The position numbers were made by a program, and so were the translations under genes. DNA of 64,000 nucleotides from Amoebophrya sp. A120 (Eukaryota > Protista > Dinoflagellata): NCBI GenBank assembly GCA_905178155.1, contig CAJINV010000003.1, positions 7,611,882 through 7,675,881 of the forward strand, in the 5' to 3' direction. This document shows positions 51,401 to 60,944 of this stretch, piece after piece. Each line of letters opens with the position of its first letter. The stretch's first letter is position 1. The notes below the pieces were generated by a model that was given only the letters and a program-made list of their open reading frames with translations, was not told where the DNA came from and made no database searches.

Positions 51401-53186
51401 CCAGAATGCGGTGCTGGGTGAGCTGGTAGTTCACCTTGTCCTCGTTCTCGTCCTCGTACAGCACCTGCTTCGGGAAGTCGACCTCGTACCACAGGCCGCA
51501 GCGGATGTCCTTGTCGATGGAGATGCGGTTCATGTAACTCACGTCCCACTCGAGCTTGCCGAAGATCCAGTGGTCGATGCGCTCGTCCTGTTTCTTCAGC
51601 AGGTCCAAGCTGTAGATCTTCTCCTCCCGCTATGACAGTGCACAACTCCCCCTCCCCCTCATTTGTGTTGCATGAACAGCAACACAAGCGCTGGCAAAGA
51701 TGCAGCTTTTGCATGACAAATTCCTAGGGGATTGTAGTGCTGTTTCGGATTCCGGAATCTGTCATGCAAACCGTACTAACAGTAACAGGCAGAGGGTGGA
51801 CTTGCAATTCTGCATGACAAATGAGGGGGAGGGGGAATTGTGCACTTTCATACCCGCGTGCCGCGGTTCCGCCGCGTCAGCTTCTCGTACTCCGTGACCG
51901 CCTCCAGGCCCTGCTATCGAAATGAAAAATGTATGCCCCCATGTTAATCCCAGAATTTGCAAGTGTGTGTGTTGCATAAATTCCCAGTGGAAAAAATATT
52001 TTCCGCTTTGCTTGTCGTACACAGCATCACAAGTTTTCGAGCCAGAGTAGCAAAAATTTTCGTTGCAAGCCCAGCACGCTCCTGGTTTGTCATGTCGGAA
52101 CTGCTTCGCGCGCCTACAATCTGCATGAGTGACAGTCTTCGTCCAAGCACGCATAGATAAAGAGTTTTGCGCTTGAAAACCTTATGCAACGCAAATATTT
52201 CAAACTTCCAGGGTGGGGGCGGCATTTTGCAATGTGATACCTGACGCAGGTGGTTCTGGTTGTCGAACGTGACCTTTATCAGCTTGCGTTTGCGCCCGAC
52301 CAGGTGGTCCTCCAGCGACAAGTCCTCCTTCTCGACCACCGTCGCGCGACACACCTGCTTCACTCCGGTTTCGCTCGTGCAGAACTGTTCCTGCAACGTC
52401 CCCCGAATCAGCTCCACGATGCGGTCGGGACAGTTCTTCACCAAGCGAACGAGGAAGTAGGGTCGGTACAAGTGTGTCGCGCGAAACGTGCCCCCATCCC
52501 GCCCGATGCAGTACAACAGAAGACCCGCGAGCTCGCGCCCACTCGCCTCCGACCGGTGGATGGTTTCCCGCATGTTGAAGAGGTATCTGGTGGAGAGAAG
52601 AACATTTTTGGAGGCTTTAGCTTATTTTCAAATGCTACACTTCTGGTATTCTGAGACGAGGAGCGCGTCCTAATCTTTAAAATTTTTTTTGATCGATATT
52701 AAGTATTCTTCGAACAACATGGACACCGAGGCTGTCACACCTCCGCGTATAAGTACTTACTGCAGGAGCTCCTTGCTTATGCAAAAAAGTACTACCATGA
52801 TCGCCTAAGAAGCCAAGTACTTACCCCGTCTTTTTCTCGCCACGCTTCATCACGTGGACTCCAAATTTCTTCTCGAGCTCGACATCCTCGTCGCCAGGCT
52901 GTTTCCTTCGCACTTGCTGTGGTGCATTTTCATCGTCGTCGTCAATGAGCCCGTTATCTCCGTCTGCCTCCCCCCCAACGTTTCTTCTCTTTCCCCCGTC
53001 GGCTTTTCCGCCCTTCTTGCCGGCATCCTTTCCCTTGCCCTTTTTGCCCTTCAGTCCACCGCCAACGCCGCCGATGAAATTGGCCCCACTCGGGTTTTTG
53101 CTGTTTCCCTTCCCTTTTCCCTTTCCACCCTTCGTGACGTATCGGCCATTGACGACCGCGACTTTTTGGTTCGTCGGACCCCCCAT
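39476..53186 (-). CDS. POLE: DNA polymerase epsilon catalytic subunit A (about 3150 aa, 17 exons)
   Basis: Exo[16 protein letters not shown], Exo[10 protein letters not shown], ExoIII YSVSDA; polymerase motifs [36 protein letters not shown] and [13 protein letters not shown]; CysX CQSC...C...CQREN; C-terminal CysA (CPGC...CVAC) and CysB (CGNC...CIYC). Confidence 0.97.
40557..40835. mobile_element. Introner family A (279 bp), TSD ACTCC, opposite orientation to the 1262 copy
   Basis: tatcctgtgtaaaaacgtcccca...tggggacgtttttacacaggata (perfect 23-bp TIR); actcc at 40552-40556 and 40836-40840; removal gives LEE|FLNQD. Confidence 0.96.
40878..41143. mobile_element. Introner family B (266 bp), TSD TTCAG
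   Basis: tatcacctgtaaaaatgtctgggtctggaaga...tcttccagacgcagacatttttacgtttggta; ttcag on both sides; removal gives HLVAE|TIEED. Confidence 0.93.
46364..46625. mobile_element. Introner family B (262 bp), TSD CACAG
   Basis: Family B TIR; cacag at 46359-46363 and 46626-46630; removal gives KKRYC|[15 protein letters not shown]. Confidence 0.95.
47008..47280. mobile_element. Introner with partly decayed ends (273 bp)
   Basis: Inverted pair gccaggatcttcgaa...ttcgaagatcctggc; TAT...ATA termini; TSD catgt/cacca decayed; removing the element plus 5 nt gives DTDGIW|CMIPKSFP. Confidence 0.8.
47554..47820. mobile_element. Introner family A (267 bp), TSD TGCCC
   Basis: tatcctgtggcaaaacatcccca...tggggaagtttttacacatgata; tgccc on both sides; removal gives KEWG|KKKEK. 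Confidence 0.93.
48513..48750. mobile_element. Introner family C (238 bp), TSD CATCG
   Basis: tatgagagtgcacaac...gttatgcactctcata; catcg at 48508-48512 and 48751-48755; splits polymerase motif A DVGAM|YPN. Confidence 0.95.
49104..49500. mobile_element. Introner family B (397 bp) carrying a nested insertion, TSD CTGTT
   Basis: Family B TIR; ctgtt at 49099-49103 and 49501-49505; removal gives FFCEQ|EENTK. Confidence 0.93.
49252..49321. repeat. Perfect 35-bp tandem duplication
   Basis: gtggcgttagaacagatttagcctctgccaatacc occurs twice (49252-49286 and 49287-49321). Confidence 0.97.
49821..50221 (-). other. Non-canonical intron (about 398 nt), probably a decayed introner
   Basis: Required to join KYIHDFI to [20 protein letters not shown]; only a 3-bp aga direct repeat; weak IR (gcgtca...tggaa); no AG at the junction. 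Confidence 0.7.
50798..51023. mobile_element. Introner family B (226 bp, internal deletion), TSD CATGA
   Basis: tatcaaatgcaaatatgtctgggt...acccagacatatttgcaattcata; catga on both sides; removal gives LISLM|ADGLGFL. Confidence 0.95.
51082..51340. mobile_element. Introner family B (259 bp), TSD GCTCC, opposite orientation to the 24080 copy
   Basis: Family B TIR; gctcc at 51077-51081 and 51341-51345; splits ExoI DIECTKE|PLKFPDA. Confidence 0.95.
51631..51852. mobile_element. Introner family C (222 bp), TSD CCCGC
   Basis: tatgacagtgcacaactccccctccccctcatttgt...acaaatgagggggagggggaattgtgcactttcata; cccgc on both sides; removal gives RGTR|EEKIY. Confidence 0.96.
51915..52239. mobile_element. Introner, family D-like (325 bp), TSD CCTGC/CCTGA, spliceable as GT-AG
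   Basis: tatcgaaatgaaaaatg..gccccc / gggggcggcattttgcaatgtgata; the minus strand reads CAG|GTATC...TAGCAG|G; removal gives NHLRQ|GLEAV. Confidence 0.85.
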
Positions 53187-53791
53187 CCTCTGGTAATATC
53201 ACCCAACTCGTGCTCTCCGAGGAAGGCAGGCACGCCGCGGATCTGACCGGGGGGGCGGGGTGCCGCTGCCGGCGCGGGCCGCTTGCTATTGCGACATGCG
53301 ACGTTTGGTCTCTGACCCCTCAGTCGGTGCGTGTCATGGTCAATTCATTTTTTCGACGATTAGTTAGGGTTCTCGAAAGCAAAGAAAATACTTCAAGTTG
53401 TTTAGCACGCCGAGTAGCATAGTGTTGAAAGCTCGAAGGAGATAAGGATATAGTACTTGAGGTACCTATTCAACTATTGCACGCAATTCATCTTGCCACT
53501 TAATCCAAAAACCTACTAGCTGGCTCTTGCTAATTATACACAAGTGACCAGTTGCGCAATTTTGAACGCGCTATAGTTGGAAGCTCGTCAGCTTTCATCA
53601 GCAACATCTTTTCTTGTCCATCTTTTCACGTTCGAATCGCCAACACACTCACAGTTCAGCAATCATTTACTGTGCATCCCATTATTTCCACAGCAACAGC
53701 ACACAGCAAATTCGACACAGCTGCCCAGTACGACCAAACACGTTTTTACTCACCATCTTTACCGATGGCAGCTTTGAAGCAATGCACAAGA

Positions 53792-56446
53792 TCATCGCGT
53801 AAATGATGTAGTGACTACTAGCAGCCGAGAAGTGGCGCGGCGCATTTGATTTACGTTTCTTTTGAAACCTCCAGTTGCAGTCGAGATTGTGTGGGAGGGA
53901 AGGCCCAGGCCCCGCAGCCTCGTAATTCTAACTGCCATGTGCATGGTTCTCTCCACCTGTAACCAGGAGGAGGGGAGTGACAACAATGTAAGTATTCAGA
54001 TTCACTACAACCAGAGGCTCTTTTCAGAAAGCGTGACCCCGAGGCTGCATGACACCATCATAGAAATTTACTGCGTTTTCGTACATGAGTTTCTCTGCCA
54101 GTTCGCGGTACCGTTCGAGCAGCGTCGTGTTGGCCAGTAACCCTTTCTCCTGTATGGAAAAACTCCAGTGAGCCACCACTGCTCGCCCGAGAGCCGCCGC
54201 GTGCTGATTTCGCCGTTTTGGGTGCTGTGTGGAAAACTCGCCCTCATCGTCAGTGGAAATACCATCCCAGCCTGTCAGCCGTTATTTTCATTCATACGAT
54301 CAGCAAGACACTCATTTTCCTCGCATCCCTGTACTACCCAATCTAGGGCTGTGAACATTGGACTTTGGAAAAACCCCAAAAGAGGAAGAAGAAGAAGTAA
54401 CACAGCCACGCTAACATTCGCGCCCCTTCGCGATCAGTTGTGTCTGCTCTCTCGTCGCGCTACATCAACGCCATGACCATATTAACAACGCACATGATCA
54501 ACGAAGCACAGTTGTTGACGTTGATCTTCATAGAACAATTGCAGAAACAATAAAATCGAGGTATACTAATGTCCGAGAAGTCTTCGTATTTGAAGGCGAA
54601 AAAGTTGATGTTCCATATCAAAGGGAAAAAAGCCCCCACCCCGTATCGGAAGCGGAAGATGCGCGAATTTGTGATGCTGTATTTGAGTACACAAATCAAC
54701 TTGTATTGCTAGAAGGTCAAGAGACGAAGCTGCGGCCTAAATTGTAGGCAATCTGTCATGCTGTTTCCCACTTCCAGTTGCCTCCTGTCATCCTGGAGCT
54801 GCAAGGCTTTCCCACGCTAGACAGCACTACAGTCCGCATCTTTTGCCTTCTAGCATCACAAAGCTGATTTGTGACCACAAATCTGCATCACAGATTTCCG
54901 TTTTGATATGGGGGGGGCATTTTTCATTGCAATATTCCAGTCCACGTGGCGGCTGATTCCGTCTGACATGGTTTCGTAGCCGTGTGCGTGGAGGTATGAG
55001 AGTGCACAACTCCCCCTCCTCCTCATTTGTCATGCGAAATACCTAGTTTACGCCTTGGCTCTTGGCACTGTTTGCATGACAAGTTCTGGCAGCCCAAATA
55101 GCACTCCACTCCTGTCCAAATTTGTCATGCAAAACCTGTATTCTTGCTGACGGTTGTATTGCTGTTCATGCAATACAAATGGGGGGGAGGGGGAGTTGTG
55201 CACTGTCATAGGAAGTCAAAGACCCCAAAGTCTAGCGTGCACAAACTGCCCTCCTCAATGCGGTGCAGCAGCGTCTCGTGCGCCCACGCGGCACAGTCCC
55301 ACCGGCGCCAGATGCAGTCGGAGTAGAACGTATGCTCGATCCGAAACTTCTCGTCAAGCATCACATCCTGCCGAAACGGCCACGCGTGCAGTTTACCGTC
55401 TTCCGGATTCGGTGCCGGCTTCTCTAGCCAGGGGTACTGCGCCAGTTCCTACGGAGCAAATTCATATTGTTTCCCGTCTTGCTGAACATCATCATATAAT
55501 TGTCTTGCTCAAGTAGTGGGATTTCTTCACCGTTTTTTTTTTCCTCGTTTGATATTGTTCATGGGTTTCCTACTTTCCGCAAAAAAACCGCCTTAACCAT
55601 GCCAGTATTGCTATTGGTACATCATGCTGTGAAAACTCGAACGAAAAAAAGACTGGAGTGCACCATTTGAATGTTAGGAACCAAGCTCGCATTTTTTTAT
55701 CAATAAGTATTTTTCAATACCTGGTGCACCGCGGACACGATGCCGTGATTGATCACGTTCGCGGAAACAAACAAAAACCGATCGCGCCGCTTCTCCCGAA
55801 TCAGCTCCGGGATCGCGCCGTCATTGATGAAGACGACGTCGTCGTCTATTTTGACGTAGTAGGCGCCGGGCTCGTCCACCACCTTCCAGATCACGTCCCA
55901 ACCGCCCCCCTCGATCGGGGGAATGAAGTAGGACCGCGGGTTTCGACGTTGCAGTTTGATCAGGTACTGCAAGTCGTTCATATCGTACTTCACCAGCGCC
56001 CACAGGACGCCATCGAGCACCCCTCCGTTCTCACGCAGGTTGCGCTCGAGGTAGGCGTTCAGCAGGTCGACGTAGGCCCGGCGACCGTAGTAGATCAGCG
56101 CGTATATCTTGATGTCTTTTAAGTCGTCGAAAGGGTCGTCCTTCCAGACGCATTCCGGATGGAGAGCGTCGTCGGTCTCCACGCGTCGCATTACGGGCAT
56201 TGCGGCAGCAGGGGGGAGCAACGACCAAGTGCTGGCCGACTGTAGGCAGAGCCAAGAGCCGCTTGCGGTGGTCCCCGCTAGGAGTACTCGTCGAACTAAC
56301 GTAGAGGACGCTTTCATCATCCCGCGAGGCCCTCTTGCTTCAGTCGGCCCCCGCTGCCGCCTGCGCCGCCGACACCATGCCGGCATTCTCATCCTTCCGG
56401 TGCCGATAAGAGGTACCGATACCAACGGCGCTCCCGTCTGAACCAC
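53792..56446 (-). CDS. Uncharacterised GT-A-fold glycosyltransferase-like protein, multi-exon, ends uncertain
   Basis: IYALIYYGRRAYVDLLNAYL...YYVKIDDDVVFI (DxD), VSANVINH, DWNINFFAF and AHWSFSIQEKGL...LLERY; two introners removed in frame. Confidence 0.65.
54616..54934. mobile_element. Introner family D (319 bp), TSD TTCCA
   Basis: tatcaaagggaaaaaagccccc...ggggggcatttttcattgcaata; ttcca at 54611-54615 and 54935-54939; removal gives VDW|NINFF. Confidence 0.92.
54995..55210. mobile_element. Introner family C (216 bp), TSD GGAGG/GGAAG, opposite orientation to the 48513 and 51631 copies
   Basis: tatgagagtgcacaactccccctcc...ggagggggagttgtgcactgtcata; removal gives VFDF|HAHGY. Confidence 0.93.
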
Positions 56447-57485
56447 CGCTGATCTATCTGGATCGCGCCGGTAGCATTTTTTTACTGGAGCTCTTCGCTG
56501 TCACAATGAAATGAAACAGCATTACAAGAATACAATGAATGTTACACAAATAAATTGTGGCTCGAGCCTCACGGAAATGAGGCGAGCAGCGAATAATTGG
56601 ATGAGATCACTGCACCTCTGTGTGATTGATCGAAAAAAGGACCGCACGCTCGTGATCGCTTTGGGTGTGTCTGACAAGATGGGGCGAGCACAGGGAACTC
56701 ACGAACGTGGTGATCTCGCGCGCACTTCACTGTGCGACTGACCTATCAAAAGAAACGAAATCATCATCAGCATCATCCAAAAGAACGCGGAGCAAAGCGA
56801 ACGAGTCCGAGACTACTCGAAAAAGAGCAGCACTTTCGGATCTATGCCTCTTTCCCCTTGCAAAAGTGAAGAAGAAGAACAGCTCGCAAAACTACATACA
56901 TTTTGACTGCAGCAGACACACAATACTTTAAATTCAGGCAAGTGAAAAAATTCATCACCGAGATAGGCATGCGCTTTTGCAAGCATGAATGATAGACAAC
57001 ACACGGCATGCGACACGCAGGTCAGTGCGCCGTAGTTGTGCCAAGAGAGACACTAGCGGGCTGCAAAACGGGTGCTCCCTGCGAGGAATGACAAACCATG
57101 TACTGAAATACGACGTGAAAATTACAATGGTCCCCGTTTTTTGCATTTCGTCAAATTGAAATCCAGCTTTTCGCCAATGTTCACTTCACAAAAACTACAT
57201 GATTATCGTGCACACCACTACAGAGAAAGCAACCCAATCGAGCCTCGCAACCTTTTGATCCTCAGTGCAGCTGCAAGGCGATTTGTGTTGATTCCAAGCA
57301 ACGGCCAACAAGCATTCATCATTCAGACTAAAGTAAAAAATGCAAACGGAAGGGCCGCAGCACAAAATTGATTCGTTTCAACAGATTCCAGATTATCAAA
57401 AACGGTACATATAATTTTTCTTTGTACATTCTCGTATATAATTCGATGTCGGGTACCCGAATGTTCCCCCGCAGACATAGACAGT

Positions 57486-59219
57486 CTAGAGAGTGACGAT
57501 GGGAATGTTCATTCCGCGGGCTTGATACTCCTGCTCACGTCTGCGGCGACGGCTTTCCTCGGAGGCGGTAGAGGCGGAGGGGGCCAGGCTGGCCGCCTGC
57601 GACTGCTGCCGGCCGATCTTGATGCCGAATTGGGGCCCGGTCCCGTCCCCGCTGCTGTCGTCTTCGGGGTCATTCTCCTCATCGCGCAAATTGAAGCTGG
57701 GGGACCCCGTGTCCTCCAGCAGGTTGTCTTGGTTGAAAAAGGATCCCCACGACGAAGCCGAAGTGGTTTGCGGTTCCAGGTGAAGCTGCTCCGGCCGGGC
57801 GTGCAGGAGATTCTCCTCCGTAAGTTCCACGCCCCCGCGGCTCCGTCGGCTGTGGGGCGTCGTGGTCGGCACATGTTCCACTTCGTCCCACCGGTGGTCG
57901 CGCGCCGCTGAGTTCTTTCCGGCCTTTGCGCCCGGCGTCGCGGCGTTTACATTCTGAAAGCAGCCGCGAATCATGGAACCCCGTCGGTGCCTGACATTGT
58001 TCTGATTCTTGTTGTTCTCCTCTGCCGCCGCCCTTGCCGGGGCTCCTCGCGAAGAGGACGTGCCGGCCGGCAAATGCGCAGCGAGCAACGAAAGGGTGTT
58101 GCGCACCCTTTTCGACACTACGCCCGGCAACAGAAGCCCGCCTGCTCCGGGATTCCTCTTAGGAAGTGGCTGCGCTCCGTTCTCGTTCATCCCCGGGATG
58201 TTGTCAGCAGGGGGAGATGACGAGTCGGAGAGATGAACCTGGCGCTGATCATCGCCGCGAGGACTCTTCCCGCGGCCTGGATCGCAGCAGCTGCTCTCCT
58301 CGTGCCTACTGCGCAAGGACTGCTCGGTTGTTGGTTGTAATTGGAGGTCCAGCACACCGGTGGAAGACCCACTCTCTGTGGCCCCCAGCCCTTTTCCGAC
58401 GATGCCGGAGCCCGTGCCTGGAACGGGCGAGGTATACGGCGTGGCCATGCGCCGTGTTCCCGCATAGTGCCCTGCAGGAGCGTCGGGGTTGTTCCTAGTA
58501 CCCTTCCTGTCGTGTAGGAGCGACGCAGCTGCCGCCGTCTTGTCGCACAGCAGCTCGCTGAAGGAGTCGACGCTCGTGGGACCGGCCTCCAGCACCACTG
58601 GGTTGGAGTTTCTCGTCCTGGAAGATGTTGAACCTCTCGTATCAACACGACGTACCGAGGCCTCCTGCGGTTCTTGTTCATCCGGGTCGACCTCACTTCC
58701 GCCGCGTACGGTCACATCCGCACACGACGAGGTGGAGGCGCCACGTATCACTAGCTCACCGCGACTCACCGTCCTGCCCTCCGTAACCGGCTGCCCGTCT
58801 GCCCCCGTGTGGCAGCACGTGCAGGCGCTAAAATTCAGGCCAGGCCACGAAATAAACGGCGCCCCAGAGGAGGAAACCGCTCCGGCGCTTCTCGCGCTCG
58901 CAAGACTGACCCACGAGGTGTTGGGGCTGGATAAGAGTAAAACGCAGATCAGGTCCCGCGCCACGCTTCGAATTCGAGTCGCACCGAAGAACCGCCCGGA
59001 GTTTTGATATGACCAGGGGGCGTCGCGGCCCTGTCCACCGTCGTCAATCTTCTTCTCCTGCGATCGACGACACATCATCGTGATACCTCCCATATGTAGC
59101 AGCGGACTACCTTTGACACTTATCTTGTGCTCTGCGGCCCTGCACGCGAACTTGTGAACCGCGCATCTGATGATTTTCGGATACGTTGCCTTACAACTAC
59201 GTCTGTTTGTTTCTCGCAC
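57486..59219 (-). CDS. Hypothetical low-complexity Ser/Gly/Arg-rich protein
   Basis: 577-aa GC-rich ORF on the same strand as all other genes; no family recognised; start uncertain. Confidence 0.5.
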   Translation of the reverse strand: MRETNRRSCKATYPKIIRCAVHKFACRAAEHKISVKGSPLLHMGGITMMCRRSQEKKIDDGGQGRDAPWSYQNSGRFFGATRIRSVARDLICVLLLSSPNTSWVSLASARSAGAVSSSGAPFISWPGLNFSACTCCHTGADGQPVTEGRTVSRGELVIRGASTSSCADVTVRGGSEVDPDEQEPQEASVRRVDTRGSTSSRTRNSNPVVLEAGPTSVDSFSELLCDKTAAAASLLHDRKGTRNNPDAPAGHYAGTRRMATPYTSPVPGTGSGIVGKGLGATESGSSTGVLDLQLQPTTEQSLRSRHEESSCCDPGRGKSPRGDDQRQVHLSDSSSPPADNIPGMNENGAQPLPKRNPGAGGLLLPGVVSKRVRNTLSLLAAHLPAGTSSSRGAPARAAAEENNKNQNNVRHRRGSMIRGCFQNVNAATPGAKAGKNSAARDHRWDEVEHVPTTTPHSRRSRGGVELTEENLLHARPEQLHLEPQTTSASSWGSFFNQDNLLEDTGSPSFNLRDEENDPEDDSSGDGTGPQFGIKIGRQQSQAASLAPSASTASEESRRRRREQEYQARGMNIPIVTL

Positions 59220-59531
59220 TTGGAAAAAGCGCCCATGCCTTTTTTAAATGCAACAGTGTACGAGGGCCATGCACGCGAGTGAACAGCACGCAAAAATGCG
59301 AATTAGTACGTAGTGCATTTGTTTTCGCCCGGAAATCGTTCACTCCCTCTCATGCCTCTCGCTTGTTCATTTTCATTTGCATCGCAACGTGCGTTGTAAC
59401 AACCTTAGAGCTTGGCCTGACGGTTTTTTTCTGAACCGAACAAGAACTTGCAGTTAGCCAGATCATGCGCAGGTGAGACCAAAACATCGCGGTGCACCAC
59501 TTTTCCGCAGGCAACTTTTCTCCTGTGAAAG

Positions 59532-60944
59532 CTAGAGCAGCGCATCAGGCATATAGCCCCAGTCGAGAGGTTCGTCCCCATCATACTGAAAGGATTCAAA
59601 ATTTATCGGTTGGTGCCTGTATACTTCAATCTTTTCATCTTTTTGCCCTACAAGAAGCTCGCAAGCACTCGACTCCGAGGTCACTACGGTGACCGGAAAC
59701 GTGTCTTTCTCTTGCAATGGTCCGAAGCAGGCCTCGCCGCGAAAGAGGTAAGGATACAACCGACCGGCACTGCAGTTTGCGGGCGCGATTCCCACGGCTT
59801 GACACTCAAACAGTTGGTCCACCTCCTCTGCGTTTCGAGGGCGTTCGTGCTCGTCTGTTTTCCGGCCCGGCCACCAGCCGGCCTGCACGTCCAGGACCCC
59901 AATCTTTGCGTCCACGGGCATCTTCTGCACCATGTCCAGAAACGCGGCCAGGCGTGTGCTGCAACTCAGACTGCGCTCGTCCTGGAAGCAGCACCAGCTG
60001 TTCTTGGGAACCAGAGGCGCTACCTCCCGCAACAAATGCCCGAAGTGAAGGTCGTCCGACAAAGGAAGGCGCCGCACCACCGCACGATTTTCTTTTTTTT
60101 TGTGTAGTTGTTTATCTGTACGCTACTAAACTTCATGAAGAAAAAGCGAGGGGTGAAACGAATCCTGGCGAGCTGTCAAAAAATCTTTATTGATTCATCC
60201 AACTACATTGTGTCAACAGAATACGAGCCGTTGCAGATTTAAACCTGGTAGCTGCGTCGGACCACTTGCATTGCTCCCTGCCTCCTCCGCCGCCAAAATT
60301 TCTGCGCTGATAGTCGCCTCCCATCCAGAGAGCCGCTGCACCAGTTCACTACTTTCGAACCGCTCGTCGACGGCGTAGCTCACCAGCAGCAGTGGTCGAT
60401 AGTCCGCATCCACGTCATTCTGAAGCAGTGGATTGACCGACTCGAGCGCGAGCTGTTGTTGTTCTAGTTTTTTTTCACAAGTGCCAGTCAAAAAGGAAAT
60501 CGGACTTGATTTTTGTTCCCAGACCAAAGATATCAGGCTGTCTCAGCATTAGAGACGAGAACCGTGTATCAAACGATAGTACAAAAAGTGACTGGATACT
60601 CTTTTCTTTGCGGCTAATTTTGTATGAAACATATAAACCTCGAATCGCTCCAGCGCTTCTTCAGACCGTATGCAGGCGCAGAGCAACACACACAGCTCAA
60701 TGGCCTCGAGCTGCTTGCCGGGTGCCCGAATGATTTTCAAAGGTTCCTCCATGGTTGTGCAGACACGTACACGAAAAACCTCCTTTGGCTGCCTTTCGAA
60801 AGCGATTCCATACCGGCCAAACAGGTCCCCCGGAACCAGAATACGCACGAGCATGCCCGGGCTCACTGCGGCGGTTCGCATGATCGCGACGGCAGGCGAT
60901 GTCTGACTCTTGACTTGGCCGTCCCAATACTCAGCTGGACGCAC
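59532..60944 (-). CDS. Hypothetical protein, probably at least 3 exons
   Basis: Three consecutive minus-strand ORFs with protein-like composition, separated by short AT-rich gaps. Confidence 0.35.

Noticed and set aside
39476-53186. POLE and the aminopeptidase as TE-disrupted pseudogenes
   Set aside because: All catalytic motifs are intact, the reconstructed exons have no stops or frameshifts, and every insertion is removable in frame.
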